This document shows positions 29,218 to 39,680 of a stretch of 64,000 nt of DNA, piece by piece; position 1 is the stretch's first letter, and every line of letters starts with the position of its first letter. This DNA comes from a virus (taxonomy: Duplodnaviria > Caudoviricetes). Where the stretch lies: the IMG/VR virus record IMGVR_UViG_2721755486_000001, positions 96,001 to 160,000 of that record. One strand, written 5' to 3'. The notes beneath the pieces were generated by a model. The model was not told where the DNA came from. It saw only the letters and a program-made list of their open reading frames with translations, and did no database searches. Position numbers and translations under genes: made by a program.

Positions 29218-29667
29218 ATGGGGATCTCGAAGCGAAGTGAGCCGGAGGGGCTGTCCGAGGTGCCGACCGAGGGCGAGAGCCCGTCGGTGATTGATCTGGA
29301 GCGCAACCTGGTGGCGGGGCTGAACGTCCTGCCGGAGGGAAAGCGGAAGGAGACGGTCGCGTTGCTGTTGAACGCGATTCGCACCCGCTCGACGGTCGTG
29401 CGGATCCGTGCGTTCGTCGCCATGGGCAAGGAGCATTGGATGGGCCACGACGATCACGTCCGGATTCAGCGCGCCCGGTGGCGCTACTGGTCGTTGCCGC
29501 GCGACGTGGTGGGGAGCAACGACGAACCGGCGACCGTGCAGGACGTGTCCGAACCGTCCGACCGCGAGGCGGAGAAGAGCTGGGCCCACCTGCTGGTGCG
29601 GTGCTACGGCCTCCCGTTGGGCGTGATCCTCCTGGTGGGCACCCTCGGCTACCTGGCGCTCCGCTGA
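29218..29667 (+). CDS. Hypothetical protein with C-terminal TM
   Basis: AGGAGG RBS; LPLGVILLVGTLGYLAL. Confidence 0.6.
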   Translation: MGISKRSEPEGLSEVPTEGESPSVIDLERNLVAGLNVLPEGKRKETVALLLNAIRTRSTVVRIRAFVAMGKEHWMGHDDHVRIQRARWRYWSLPRDVVGSNDEPATVQDVSEPSDREAEKSWAHLLVRCYGLPLGVILLVGTLGYLALR

Positions 29668-29926
29668 TCCCGATCTTGGTACGGGCGAGTCCGTGCCAGG
29701 GCACATCCCCATCCCGTGACACCCCCCAACCCCTCCCGGCGCTGGGGCCGGTTGACAAGCGGTGCTGACGCCGGTTCCTCGCGTGTCGGTGATCGACCCG
29801 GGCCCAGGGCGCGAAGCGGAATCGCCCGGTCCCGACCGGGTGGGGTTTCAGCGCGGTGGGGCGTAACTTGCGTAACGCTCCGCGACGGCTACCCTGGATC
29901 TTCCCATTCGGCAGGAGGACCAGGGC

Positions 29927-32497
29927 ATGGCCAAGATCGTTCACTGGGCGGCGTTCAAGCCGCCGGCCAACCTGGCACCTGACCAGCCGTACCGCCTGAT
30001 CGGCAGCGCCGTGGTGGGCGGTGCGGTCATCGGGACCGTCGCGTGGGCCGTGGCCGTGGGCGTGGAGTGGTGGGTCGCCAGCAAGACCGGTGCGCTCGGC
30101 GGGGTCAGCCACATGCCCCTGTCCAAGCACGCGCTCTACTGGTTTGAAACGTTCCTCCACCGCGAGATGCGCAACCGTCCGTTCGCCGACAACGTGGCGG
30201 CTTACCAGTACGGGCTGGACCAGATGAACTGGTGGCTGATCAAAGGCAAGGCCGCCCTGGCGACGGTGCCCGGTGTCGGGGTCGGCGCGTACATCACGTC
30301 GAAGATGAACCGCGTCTATTGCAACAGCCGACACCTGTCCGGCATGCAGTTCCACGACGGCAAGGACGCGGTGAAGCTCGCCGAGCAGGCGGTGCTCGAG
30401 CTGAACGGTGACCAGGCCCCGTTCCTCCCGTTGCACCCGGAGCTGACCTGGTTGAGCCAACAGGCGTGGAGCACGTCGGCGATCATCATGGGCGCGGCAG
30501 GTTCCGGGAAAAGTGCGATTCTGGCCCACCTCACGTACGAGGCATTGGTCCAGAACGTGTTCATGGTCATCATGGACGCCAAGGGCACCCAGAGCCACGT
30601 CATCAGGACGATTAACAAGCAGCTCGGGCGGCGGTCGGACAACGTGGCCACCATCAGTCCGTTCTCCGACACCGACGCGGCGTGGGACATTGGGCGGGAC
30701 CTAGTCCGCGACGAGGACGCCACGGTGTTCGCCAACGCTTACGTCCCACCGTCAAACGATCCCATGTGGTCCGACGGTGCGCGGGGCATCCTGCGAACCA
30801 TCGTCTTGTCGATGATCGTCGCCTACCGCGAGGCGTGCGCTCGTGCGGAAGCAGCGGGCGTGGAGAAGCCGAAGCCCTGGCACTGGGGCCACCTGGCGTA
30901 CCGCATCCAGTCGGCGATGAAGGACATTTACACCTGGGCGGCCGAGCACGACCCGGCGACCGCACGGCTGATCGCGGACTACGAGAAGTCCAACACGGTG
31001 AAGAGTTTTGAGGTGACGTTCCGCACGTTCAGCCTAGACATCATCAAGCTGGGCAAGGCGTGGGGAGAACCGGCCGACGGCGAACCGAAGCGTCGCCGCG
31101 TGTCCCTCCGGCTGTTCGTCGACCGGGTGGCGCGCAACGGTCGCAAGGGCGTTCACCAGATCGTGCTGCGCAACAACCTGGAGTACAAGGCCCTGACCAA
31201 GGGCTACCTGCTGGCGATGCACGCGTTCCTGACCGCGAAGATGCTCAGCCTGTCGGACAACCCGACCGATGGCACGGGCCGCACGCTGCTGTTCATGGAG
31301 GACGAGTTCACCAGCCAGGGCAAGAAGGAGTCGATTTTCGACGCGCTCGAGCTGGGCCGGTCGAAGGGCATGGTGCACGTCATCGCGGTGCAGACGGAGG
31401 ACGCTTTGGTCGAACTGTACGGGCAGGAGGGCCGGGGCCGGATCTCGGGCAACACCACGATCAAAATCCTGGGCCGGGCGGCGGCGCCGGAGATGGGGGC
31501 GCAGATGGCCGCCAACTTCCCGAAGCGCACGGTGCAGATCACGCACGAGGGGCGGCCCGCGGCGAAGGGCCAGCCGGCGACACCCACCACCTACGAGAGC
31601 GTCGAGGTCCCGGTGATCCGTCCGGAGATCCTGTCTTCCACCCGGGACATGGGCAAGCAGCGCGGGTCCTGGCTGGGAGGGCGCAAGGCAGGCATCAAAG
31701 CGGTGGTGCGGATCGGATCGGACCTCTACCACTTGCTCTGGCCGTTCATCGACAAGGACAAGATGCCGTCGGCGTCGGACGCGGCCGTTCCTCCGCTGGC
31801 CGCCTGGCTGGTGGGCGGGAAGGTCCCGGCGTTGCAGGACTACGCCCCGATGGTGCAGGTCGAGGCGCTGATGGCGCAGCAGGCCGCCACCCAGGCGGAG
31901 GCGTCCGCTGTTCCGACCGCCACCGCGAACGACGAGTCCGGTGGCGCTGCCCTGGACGCGATGCTCGCGGAGGGGGCGTCCGCGTCCGAGGAGCCGTCCG
32001 CCGAGCACGTGGCACCGACCGCTCCCGCGGCTCCCACACCGTCGAACGACCGCCCGCTGTCCCCGATGGAGCTGTATGAGCTGGAAATGCAGCGCAAGAA
32101 GGAACTGGTGGTGGAGACCGTGGAGGTGGACGTCGAGCGCGACAGCGAGGAGTACCAGCACGCCGTGGTCGACGCCGCCAACCTGCAGCGGGAGCAGGAG
32201 CGCCGCGGCGACTGGCACGACCCGGGCGAGATCGACGAGTCGACCTCACTGCTGCTCGAGGCGGTGGCCGGCCCGCTGGCGGACGCCATCGTTCCCGGTG
32301 GGCACCTGGTGATGGAAGCGTTGAAGATCGCCGAGGGGGCGCAGGCTCCCGCGAAAAACGTGGAGAACGTCATCGACAACCAGACCGGGGAGGTCCGGCA
32401 GGTCACCGTGGTGGCGCCGAATAAGCAGATCAGCATTGTTCGGCATGTCACGGCGCGCACGCAGACCCCGGAGAGCGAGCCCGAGCGGTCGCTTTGA
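29927..32497 (+). CDS. Type IV coupling protein (TrwB/TraD family)
   Basis: Two N-terminal TM segments, Walker A GAAGSGKS, MDAKG, FMEDEF, GRSKG..AVQ; directly upstream of the relaxase. Confidence 0.85.
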   Translation: MAKIVHWAAFKPPANLAPDQPYRLIGSAVVGGAVIGTVAWAVAVGVEWWVASKTGALGGVSHMPLSKHALYWFETFLHREMRNRPFADNVAAYQYGLDQMNWWLIKGKAALATVPGVGVGAYITSKMNRVYCNSRHLSGMQFHDGKDAVKLAEQAVLELNGDQAPFLPLHPELTWLSQQAWSTSAIIMGAAGSGKSAILAHLTYEALVQNVFMVIMDAKGTQSHVIRTINKQLGRRSDNVATISPFSDTDAAWDIGRDLVRDEDATVFANAYVPPSNDPMWSDGARGILRTIVLSMIVAYREACARAEAAGVEKPKPWHWGHLAYRIQSAMKDIYTWAAEHDPATARLIADYEKSNTVKSFEVTFRTFSLDIIKLGKAWGEPADGEPKRRRVSLRLFVDRVARNGRKGVHQIVLRNNLEYKALTKGYLLAMHAFLTAKMLSLSDNPTDGTGRTLLFMEDEFTSQGKKESIFDALELGRSKGMVHVIAVQTEDALVELYGQEGRGRISGNTTIKILGRAAAPEMGAQMAANFPKRTVQITHEGRPAAKGQPATPTTYESVEVPVIRPEILSSTRDMGKQRGSWLGGRKAGIKAVVRIGSDLYHLLWPFIDKDKMPSASDAAVPPLAAWLVGGKVPALQDYAPMVQVEALMAQQAATQAEASAVPTATANDESGGAALDAMLAEGASASEEPSAEHVAPTAPAAPTPSNDRPLSPMELYELEMQRKKELVVETVEVDVERDSEEYQHAVVDAANLQREQERRGDWHDPGEIDESTSLLLEAVAGPLADAIVPGGHLVMEALKIAEGAQAPAKNVENVIDNQTGEVRQVTVVAPNKQISIVRHVTARTQTPESEPERSL

Positions 32498-32526
32498 GGC
32501 GTTGCAAAAAACGCGATCGGGCGGGC

Positions 32527-32554
32527 TTGACGAGGCCCCGGGACCCGTTAACGT
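32527..32554 (+). promoter_or_regulatory. Island promoter family A upstream of the relaxase
   Basis: TTGACG aggccccgggacccgt TAACGT; palindrome at 32592 between promoter and RBS. Confidence 0.55.
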
Positions 32555-32627
32555 GGACCGTGACCCGACGGTTCGGGGATTCGATCTATCCGTGCCAGGG
32601 CACAGGCGTACTATCTAGGAGGGGACC

Positions 32628-35600
32628 ATGCTTACGATGATGGCGCTGAGCCCGAAGGGCCACGACAAGAACGGGAACAACATCGTCAACTACTTCCTGG
32701 CGAAGGAAGCCCGTTATTACGTCAACGAGCTGACGGGGAAGATCGAGAACCAGACGAAATGGATCGGCAAGGGCGCAGAGGCCCTGGGGTTGAAGGGCGA
32801 GGTCAGCGAGGAGGTTCTGCTCAACCTGCTGAACGGCAAGCTCCCGGACGGGGCGAAGGGTGTGCAGAACATCGGCCGGCCCGGGCGTCGTGCGGCGTTC
32901 GACATGTGCGCCACGGCCGAGAAGACCGTGTCCATGCTGATGGCGGACCCGACCAACACCCCGGAAGAGCGGGAAGCGATCATCCAGGCGCACAAGCGCG
33001 CTGCGCGGGCCATGATCAAGTTCATCGAATCCGAGCTGTACGCGCGGGTGGGGGCCCAGGGCAACGAGATCGTCCGCAACGTCGGCATGATCGCGGCGGA
33101 GGTCACGCATTACACCAACCGCCTGCTGGAGCCCAATCTTCACACGCACTTTATTGTCATGAACATGGTGCACTCGATCGGCCCGGACGGGAAGGAACGG
33201 GTGACCACGTTCGAGAACAGCACCCTGATGGCGATCAAGCACGCAGCGGGAGCGATCTACCGGAACCAGCTTGCGCACGAGGTCCAGGAACTGGGCTACC
33301 AGATCGACAAGCACATCCAGCTCAACGCGAAGGGGCGCGAGACCGGGGACGTTTTTTTCCGGGTCGCCGGCGTCGACGAGTTCAGCCGCGATGCGCACAG
33401 CAAGCGCCGCATGGAGATCCTGGCGTACATGGAGGCCCACCCGGAGGTCACCGAGGACCAGGCCGCGGAGCGGACCAGGAAGGACAAGAACGAGCCCGGC
33501 ATCGTTGAGCTGCGCCAGATCTGGAAGGAACACTTCGAGGAAGTCCGGCGCAAGGACCCGAACGCCTACCAGTCCGTGGCGGCGTTGAAGGACCCGGCCG
33601 TTGTGTCGAACCTGGGCCACAAGGACCTGGAGCCGGTGAAGGGGCAGGAGAAGCAGCAGGACATGGCCCCGAAGTCCGACGACGAGATCCTCAAGACCGT
33701 CCACGTCGCGTCGTCCCTGTTCACCCGGTTCGAGCTGATGAAGCAGGTGGCGTTCGAATACGTCGGCCGCCTGGACATGCGCGGGGTGATCGAGAAGACC
33801 GAGGCGATCCTCGACGACGTGAAGCGCGTCGTCGCGTTCGAGCACGACCCGAAGACCGGGGTGGCGCGGTACGCGTCCCAGGCGATGATCGACCTGGAAG
33901 CGGGCATCATCAAGAAGGCCGCGGCGCGCGCCGACGAGCAGTCCATCCGCTTGACCAAGGAGCAGGTCGACGCGGGCCTGGCGAAGTTCCAGGCGAAGAA
34001 CCCGCACCTGAAGCTGAACGCCGAGCAGGAGGGCAGCGTCCGCTACATCTGTTCCGACACCGGGGGCAACGCGATCATCTCGGGCCGGGCTGGCACGGGC
34101 AAGACCACGTCGTTCATCGCCACCAAAATCACGTGGGAGGAGGCCGGCGGGAAGCTCATCGGCGTGTCCGAATCCTGGAAGGCCGCGAAGAAGCTGCAAA
34201 GCGAGAGCGGGGTGGAGAGCTACTCCACCCGTACGACCCTGCACCGGATCAAAAACGGCAAGCTCCCGCTGGACAGCAAGACCATGCTCATCGTGGACGA
34301 GGCAGGCATGCAGACCTCCCAGAGCATCGCGGAGCTGCAGAACCTTTGCGATGCGGCCGGCGCGAAGCTGGTGCTGATGGGCGACCACCTGCAGTTGCAG
34401 CCGGTGGGCGCCGGGTCGGGCTTCCGGATCATGCAGGCCCGGGTCCAGGACCACGCGCTGAAGGAGATCCGCCGTCAGCGCCAGGAGCGCGACCGCATCA
34501 CGGCGAACATGCTGTACGACGAGCGCGACGGCCAGAAGATTTTCGAGCGCTACATGGCCAACGGCCACATTCGCACCTCGGAGACCGAAGTGGAAGCCCG
34601 GGCCATGTTGGTCAAGGACTATTTCAAGTCCGAGGGCGTCGCCGAGTCCGACACGGTGAAGCTGATGGTGAGCGGTGAGCTGCGCGAGGTCGAAATGGCG
34701 GTGCGCGACAAGGTGGTGTTCAGCGCGGGGGACAAGGCGCTGGGCATCAACGCGAACGACATCGGCGTGGTGCGGGCCATGGAGATGAAGGAGGCCGGCG
34801 AGGGCTACTTGATCCAGGTGGAGGTGACGCCGGCCGATCTCAACAAGCCGAAGCACACGGTGTCGATCGACACGAGCGTGTTCAACGAGTTCAACCGGGA
34901 CTACGCGCAGACGTTGGTGATCTGCGGGACCAACCGTGAGGTGCAACAGATGAACGAGGACATTCGCCAGGGATTCAAGGACCGGGGCCTGCTGGGCGAC
35001 GACCAGCGGGTGCGGCTGATCGTCAACGACGAGTGGCGCCAGGAGATCGTGGCCACCGGTGACAAGGTGCTGTTCACCGAGAAGCACGACGACCTGGGCG
35101 TGTCGAACGGCGAGGGCGGGATCGTCACTCAGCTCCGGCCGTCCGACGACAAGAAAAGCCACATCATGACCATCCGGCTGGTCTCCGAGATCCCGGAGCA
35201 GAACGGGCGCTACGTGTCGTTCGACACGAAGGATTGCCCGGACGTCATGCTGGCCTACGCGGGCACCGTCCACAAGAGCCAAGGCCAAAGCATCGACAAG
35301 ACCCTGCACTACGTGGGTCCGGGCGGTGTGCACATGGTCAACAACCAGTCGGCGCTGGTGGCGATGACCCGGATGAAGGACGAGTACGGCATCTACGGCG
35401 TGGACGAGGACCTGCTCGGGCGGATCGACGAGGACGGCACCCGGCGCGGTGGCATCGCCCAGGCCCTGACGGAGCAGGCCCTGAACGTCACCACCATGGA
35501 CGTTCAGCGGATCACCCGCGAGGAAGCGAAAGAGATCCGTCCGCAGCAGCGCGGGGCGGCCCGTCGTTTGGAACCGATCAAGGCACCGCCGGAGCTGGCC

Positions 35601-35996
35601 GAGACCCGGGCGGAGGAGCGCGAGTCGATCAAGGCGCGCAGCATCGCCCAGGCGGCGGAGAGCGAGGAGGCATCCCGCCAGCGCCTGGCCAGCGGGGCGA
35701 CCACCGTGGACCTGCGCACGCGCGAGGCGGCGAACGAGCGGGAGGCGTCGACCGTCCAGACGAAGAGCCAGTTCGCGACGGCCCTGCCGGAACTCACGGC
35801 TCACCGTGCCAAGGTACGGGCGGCGCACGAAGCACGGCAGAAGGCCGAGGCCCAGGCGTTGGCGAAGCGCGAGGCGGAGCAGCAGGCCTTGGCCGTGGCG
35901 CAGAAGACGGAGCAGGCGCGCAAGCTGGAGGCCGAACGGGTGCTGCGCTTGCAGCGCGAGCGCGAGGCCGAGGTGTTCTACGGTCGCAGCCGGTAA
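32628..35996 (+). CDS. MOBF relaxase-helicase (TrwC/TraI-like)
   Basis: N-terminal Y..YY, FDMCATAEKTVS, HYTNRLLEPNLHTH; helicase GRAGTGKT, DEAGM, GDHLQLQPV, YAGTVHKSQG. Confidence 0.92.
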   Translation: MLTMMALSPKGHDKNGNNIVNYFLAKEARYYVNELTGKIENQTKWIGKGAEALGLKGEVSEEVLLNLLNGKLPDGAKGVQNIGRPGRRAAFDMCATAEKTVSMLMADPTNTPEEREAIIQAHKRAARAMIKFIESELYARVGAQGNEIVRNVGMIAAEVTHYTNRLLEPNLHTHFIVMNMVHSIGPDGKERVTTFENSTLMAIKHAAGAIYRNQLAHEVQELGYQIDKHIQLNAKGRETGDVFFRVAGVDEFSRDAHSKRRMEILAYMEAHPEVTEDQAAERTRKDKNEPGIVELRQIWKEHFEEVRRKDPNAYQSVAALKDPAVVSNLGHKDLEPVKGQEKQQDMAPKSDDEILKTVHVASSLFTRFELMKQVAFEYVGRLDMRGVIEKTEAILDDVKRVVAFEHDPKTGVARYASQAMIDLEAGIIKKAAARADEQSIRLTKEQVDAGLAKFQAKNPHLKLNAEQEGSVRYICSDTGGNAIISGRAGTGKTTSFIATKITWEEAGGKLIGVSESWKAAKKLQSESGVESYSTRTTLHRIKNGKLPLDSKTMLIVDEAGMQTSQSIAELQNLCDAAGAKLVLMGDHLQLQPVGAGSGFRIMQARVQDHALKEIRRQRQERDRITANMLYDERDGQKIFERYMANGHIRTSETEVEARAMLVKDYFKSEGVAESDTVKLMVSGELREVEMAVRDKVVFSAGDKALGINANDIGVVRAMEMKEAGEGYLIQVEVTPADLNKPKHTVSIDTSVFNEFNRDYAQTLVICGTNREVQQMNEDIRQGFKDRGLLGDDQRVRLIVNDEWRQEIVATGDKVLFTEKHDDLGVSNGEGGIVTQLRPSDDKKSHIMTIRLVSEIPEQNGRYVSFDTKDCPDVMLAYAGTVHKSQGQSIDKTLHYVGPGGVHMVNNQSALVAMTRMKDEYGIYGVDEDLLGRIDEDGTRRGGIAQALTEQALNVTTMDVQRITREEAKEIRPQQRGAARRLEPIKAPPELAETRAEERESIKARSIAQAAESEEASRQRLASGATTVDLRTREAANEREASTVQTKSQFATALPELTAHRAKVRAAHEARQKAEAQALAKREAEQQALAVAQKTEQARKLEAERVLRLQREREAEVFYGRSR

Positions 35997-36178
35997 GAGG
36001 GAACAGGAGGCCCGGGATACCGGGCCTTCTTGGTACAACCACCCCAGCGTTCCCCTTTGATGACCCTTCAATAGAGTTCGTGCGGTTAAACTGACCAACG
36101 TGGGCTCCCGCGTCGCGGGCGAACCGTCAAGATGCACCTGAACGATGTACTGTATGGCGCAGGGGCGCCAAGGGGAAC

Positions 36179-37087
36179 GTGTTGATCACCATCAATACCG
36201 ACAAGCAGCTCGTTCGTGTCGACACCTGGGACGAGATCAGTGAGCGGGCCGGTTTCACAAACGATCTTGATCCGAAGCAGCACGAGCTGAAAGCGATCAT
36301 CGGGCGGTATGCGTTTCGGGACAAACTTCGGTGTGGGTTGTCGAGCTGCCACACGCCGCACAACCGCGGCTACATCGTGGTGACGAAGAGCGGACTCGAG
36401 ACGAACATCGGCAAGGATTGCGGAAAGACCCACTTCGGTGTGGACTTCAGCGACATGTCGCGTCAGTTTGAGCGCGACGTGACCGAGAAGGAGAACCGCG
36501 AAACGCTCTGGAGCTTCCATTTCCGTCTCGACGATCTGACGCAAGCGATCGACGGGATCCGGAAGGGCGACCGGGGCGCGGATTGGCTGTACAAGCGCTC
36601 ACGACCCCTGGTCGAACTGAACCGGGGGTGTCCGGCGGCGATCGTCCGCCGTGTGGGGGACATGATCAAAACGGGTAGCAGCTTGGTCGTGGTCCCGCGA
36701 GAGGCCACGAAAGCGGAGACCGATGCGGAAGAGGCTCGTACGGGTCGACGGGTACCGCGTCCGCACTACATCGACGAGCCCGTCGGGCAAATCGGGCATC
36801 TGGACGCGTTGTACCGAGAAAACGATGTCCGCGAGATCTTGGTGCTCGACCTGGAAGCGCGGTGCAAGGCACTCGCCGATCTCGACATCGACACCATGAC
36901 CTATGAACAGTTGGCGAAATGGGTCAAGTGGACGGGCACGGTTGAAGAGAAGCTCCAACGGGCGCAGAACGCCGTGGAGTCCGGCCGCCAGTTGCTCACC
37001 CAGCGCAACTTGTCGTGCCTGTCGCGCATCCTCACGGACCCCGTGGATGCCGACGCGTTTGGGGAGTACCTGGCAACGCTCGACTAA
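36179..37087 (+). CDS. Hypothetical protein with Cys/His cluster
   Basis: CGLSSCHTPH..IGKDCG; 302 aa. Confidence 0.7.
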   Translation: MLITINTDKQLVRVDTWDEISERAGFTNDLDPKQHELKAIIGRYAFRDKLRCGLSSCHTPHNRGYIVVTKSGLETNIGKDCGKTHFGVDFSDMSRQFERDVTEKENRETLWSFHFRLDDLTQAIDGIRKGDRGADWLYKRSRPLVELNRGCPAAIVRRVGDMIKTGSSLVVVPREATKAETDAEEARTGRRVPRPHYIDEPVGQIGHLDALYRENDVREILVLDLEARCKALADLDIDTMTYEQLAKWVKWTGTVEEKLQRAQNAVESGRQLLTQRNLSCLSRILTDPVDADAFGEYLATLD

Positions 37088-37114
37088 CCTCTTCGATGAG
37101 GCGTGGCTCGTGCA

Positions 37115-37139
37115 AAAGGCCCGGTTCATCCGGGCCTTT
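37115..37139. terminator. Bidirectional terminator
   Basis: AAAGGCCCGG-ttcat-CCGGGCCTTT between convergent genes. Confidence 0.7.
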
Positions 37140-37157
37140 GTCATACAGCGGTGCGCG

Positions 37158-37598
37158 TCAGCGTCGGCGCGCGCTGGCCATGAGGCGCTCGATCAGGCCC
37201 ACGGCCACGTCGGTGAGACGGTACCCGTCGGCGCTGACCCGTGCCTTGACCTGGCGGTACAGCGGCGTGGGCAGGTCCAGGCTCAGGCGTTCCCGATCGT
37301 CAGCGGGCGCGACCGGCGCGACGGCCACGGTCACCGTCCCGGCCAGCCAGTCCTCCAGCAGACCGCGCAGCAGGGTGGTGAGCGTCGACCCGGAGGCTTC
37401 CGCCCTGGCTTCGAGGAACCGTTTGTGCGCGAGCGGCAGGCGTACGTGGAATCGCGTGCTGCCCGCGGCGTTGTTCCCCTTGCGTTGCGCCTCCGGGGTG
37501 CGGACCAGGCGCAACGCGGGCGGGGGCACCACAACGGCCGGCTTCTCGTCCTGGGCTTTGCGGGCGCTGGGGCGTTGAAACGAAAGCGTCGTCTTCAC
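37158..37598 (-). CDS. Tandem ribbon-helix-helix protein (ParG-like partner of ParA)
   Basis: TRFHVRLPLAHKRFL..TLTTLLRGLLEDW and ERLSLDLPTPLYRQVK..LTDVAVGLIERL; directly downstream of parA. Confidence 0.65.
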   Translation of the reverse strand: MKTTLSFQRPSARKAQDEKPAVVVPPPALRLVRTPEAQRKGNNAAGSTRFHVRLPLAHKRFLEARAEASGSTLTTLLRGLLEDWLAGTVTVAVAPVAPADDRERLSLDLPTPLYRQVKARVSADGYRLTDVAVGLIERLMASARRR

Positions 37599-37608
37599 AG
37601 GCACCCCC

Positions 37609-38307
37609 TCACGCTGCGGCGCGGTCGGCGGCGTGGCACGTCGCCAGCATCGCCAGGACCTCGCGCGCCACGCCCCGCATTTCGGCCTGGGCCTGCGCGT
37701 CCGAGTGCTGGAACACCGTCACCCCGTTGGCCGCCGCTTCGACGTAGCTCTTGCGGGCGTGCATCACGGTGTCCAGCACCGGGATCCCCGTTTCCAGCAA
37801 CGCTTCCCGGGTCAGGCGGGCCAGGCGCGAGCGCGGCGACGCCTGGGTGATCAGGAACGCGGCTTTCGTGCGCCCGTCCGTGATGTCCATCCGGGTGCGC
37901 ACCATGTCGACCAGCTTGGCGTTGGCCCACATGTCGAACGCCGACGGCTGGATGGGCAGCAGCACGAAATCGGCGGCACGCACCGCGGCGATCGTCCCCG
38001 GGTTCGAGGCTTCGATCCCCGGGCAGTCGAACACCCGCAGGTCGCGCGGCTCCCGCACCGTCGCCAGGAACTGGTCGAGTGTGGGGCGCGGGCACGCCAG
38101 CACCGGGAACGGACGGGCACCGTCGCCGGCGGCCTCGTGCCATTCGCTCGCGGACATCTGGGGGTCCAGGTCGAAAAGCTGGGCGTCGTACCCCGGGCCC
38201 AGCTCCACGCCCAGCTCCTGGGCGATGGCGTCCGGCAGGTTCACGCATGTGGTGGTCTTGCTCGTACCGCCCTTGGTGCTGCACGCAACGATGGTGATCG
38301 GCTTCAT
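37609..38307 (-). CDS. parA: ParA family partition ATPase (short, type Ib-like)
   Basis: KGGTSKTT deviant Walker A, DLDPQ, DCPG, ADFVLLPIQPS. Confidence 0.88.
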   Translation of the reverse strand: MKPITIVACSTKGGTSKTTTCVNLPDAIAQELGVELGPGYDAQLFDLDPQMSASEWHEAAGDGARPFPVLACPRPTLDQFLATVREPRDLRVFDCPGIEASNPGTIAAVRAADFVLLPIQPSAFDMWANAKLVDMVRTRMDITDGRTKAAFLITQASPRSRLARLTREALLETGIPVLDTVMHARKSYVEAAANGVTVFQHSDAQAQAEMRGVAREVLAMLATCHAADRAAA

Positions 38308-38684
38308 GAGGGTGTCCTTTTTCTAGGTGTGCCGTGGCACGGCTTGTCGGGTAATGACCGTGCAGTGGCACGGATGACTGGCATGTAACCACGGGTACCG
38401 ATATGATGTCAACATGTGCCGTGGCACGTCTTAATGATCGCTAGAATCCTTGAGGGGAAAGGCTTCCAGCGAAATCAGGCGTTGGGTCACGTGTACATGG
38501 GCGGGCGAGCCCACCGGCGCGCGATGATGGCCGAAGGCGGGGTGCTGGTGGGTTGCCCGAGGTTTTGACGCCACGCGACGGTGGGACCGTCATCGTTACG
38601 TTTGCAAAACCGGATTTGTGTGCAATCCTGGAAAAACGCTCGGCCCTGGGCCGGCTCAACCACGACCTGTTGGAGGTATTTGAA

Positions 38685-39191
38685 ATGTCGCGCTTATCGT
38701 TGTCGCGTGTGTTTGTTCTTCCCCCGGACCTGGCGCTCGAAGACCTGAACGGTCGGACGCTCGACCAGTGGGACCGGTACGGCGTCCTGGGCTGGGACGA
38801 TGGCTGCGCGTCGTACTTCCTGACGCTGCAACCCCGTGGCCACGACATGCCCGTGTGGTCGTTCGGCGACCGGGCGGCGGAGTTCGGCTCGCCCTGGGTC
38901 CTGCAACAGGTCCTGCGAGTGCTGTTCAACGTCGACCAGGCGGGCGTGGAGAAGGGCTGGTTCGCGTTCAAGCCCGGCATGGCGGAGCGCCTGGCGAACG
39001 ATCGGGACACGTATTTCGACCGGCACCCGGTGGCGGAGAACGCACGGGAAGCAGCGGACGACCTGCTCCGATCGTTCCACGAGGAGGACGCGTCGTATCA
39101 GCCGTACGCGGCGCCACTGCCCTTGGACGAGGCGTGGCTGCTGGCGCACGCCCTGGTCGAACCGGTACCGCGCCAGGCGGTCCCGGCATGA
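38685..39191 (+). CDS. Hypothetical protein
   Basis: GGAGG RBS before MSRLSLS. Confidence 0.65.
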   Translation: MSRLSLSRVFVLPPDLALEDLNGRTLDQWDRYGVLGWDDGCASYFLTLQPRGHDMPVWSFGDRAAEFGSPWVLQQVLRVLFNVDQAGVEKGWFAFKPGMAERLANDRDTYFDRHPVAENAREAADDLLRSFHEEDASYQPYAAPLPLDEAWLLAHALVEPVPRQAVPA

Positions 39192-39222
39192 CGGCGCGCT
39201 GGGAGGAGGGCGCACCAAGAAG

Positions 39223-39246
39223 AAAGCGGGCCGTGGCCCGCTTTTT
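39223..39246. terminator. Bidirectional terminator
   Basis: AAAGCGGGCC-gt-GGCCCGCTTTTT. Confidence 0.65.
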
Positions 39247-39248
39247 CG

Positions 39249-39680
39249 TTACTGGTGCTCGGCGTTCCAGCGCTGGATCAGCGCCGAGGTGATCTCGATC
39301 ATCGAGCAATCGAGCTTCACGCATTGCAGCTTGAACCGCTTGTACACCTTCTCGGGCAGGTCCGCCACGAACCGCACGCCCACCTTCGCGTTGTTCGGCT
39401 TGGGCTGACGACCGGGCCAGTCGTCCCGCGGCGTTTTGAAGTCCGGCAGCTCGACCACCTCCAGCTCGAACGCGCCCGACAGCCACCGCTCGACTTCCCG
39501 GGTGAAGGTCTCGGTCATTTGCAGACCGTTCTGCGCGGTCAGGTGCGCGAACGTGTCCTTGTCCTTCTTCCAGAGGTAGCCGTGGACACGTTTGACGGGG
39601 ATGGGATGGCCCCGTGGTGCACGGGTCCGTTTCACAGCCCCTTCGTCGGCCAGGTCCATCACGTCCGTTGTCGTCGCCAT
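39249..39680 (-). CDS. Tandem ribbon-helix-helix-like protein
   Basis: VKRVHGYLWKKDKDTF..MTETFTREVERW and VRFVADLPEKVYKRFK..SMIEITSALIQRW. Confidence 0.6.
   Translation of the reverse strand: MATTTDVMDLADEGAVKRTRAPRGHPIPVKRVHGYLWKKDKDTFAHLTAQNGLQMTETFTREVERWLSGAFELEVVELPDFKTPRDDWPGRQPKPNNAKVGVRFVADLPEKVYKRFKLQCVKLDCSMIEITSALIQRWNAEHQ

Noticed and set aside
32586-36137. 1183-aa minus-strand ORF
   Set aside because: Antisense shadow of the relaxase; no motifs, typical of high-GC codon bias.
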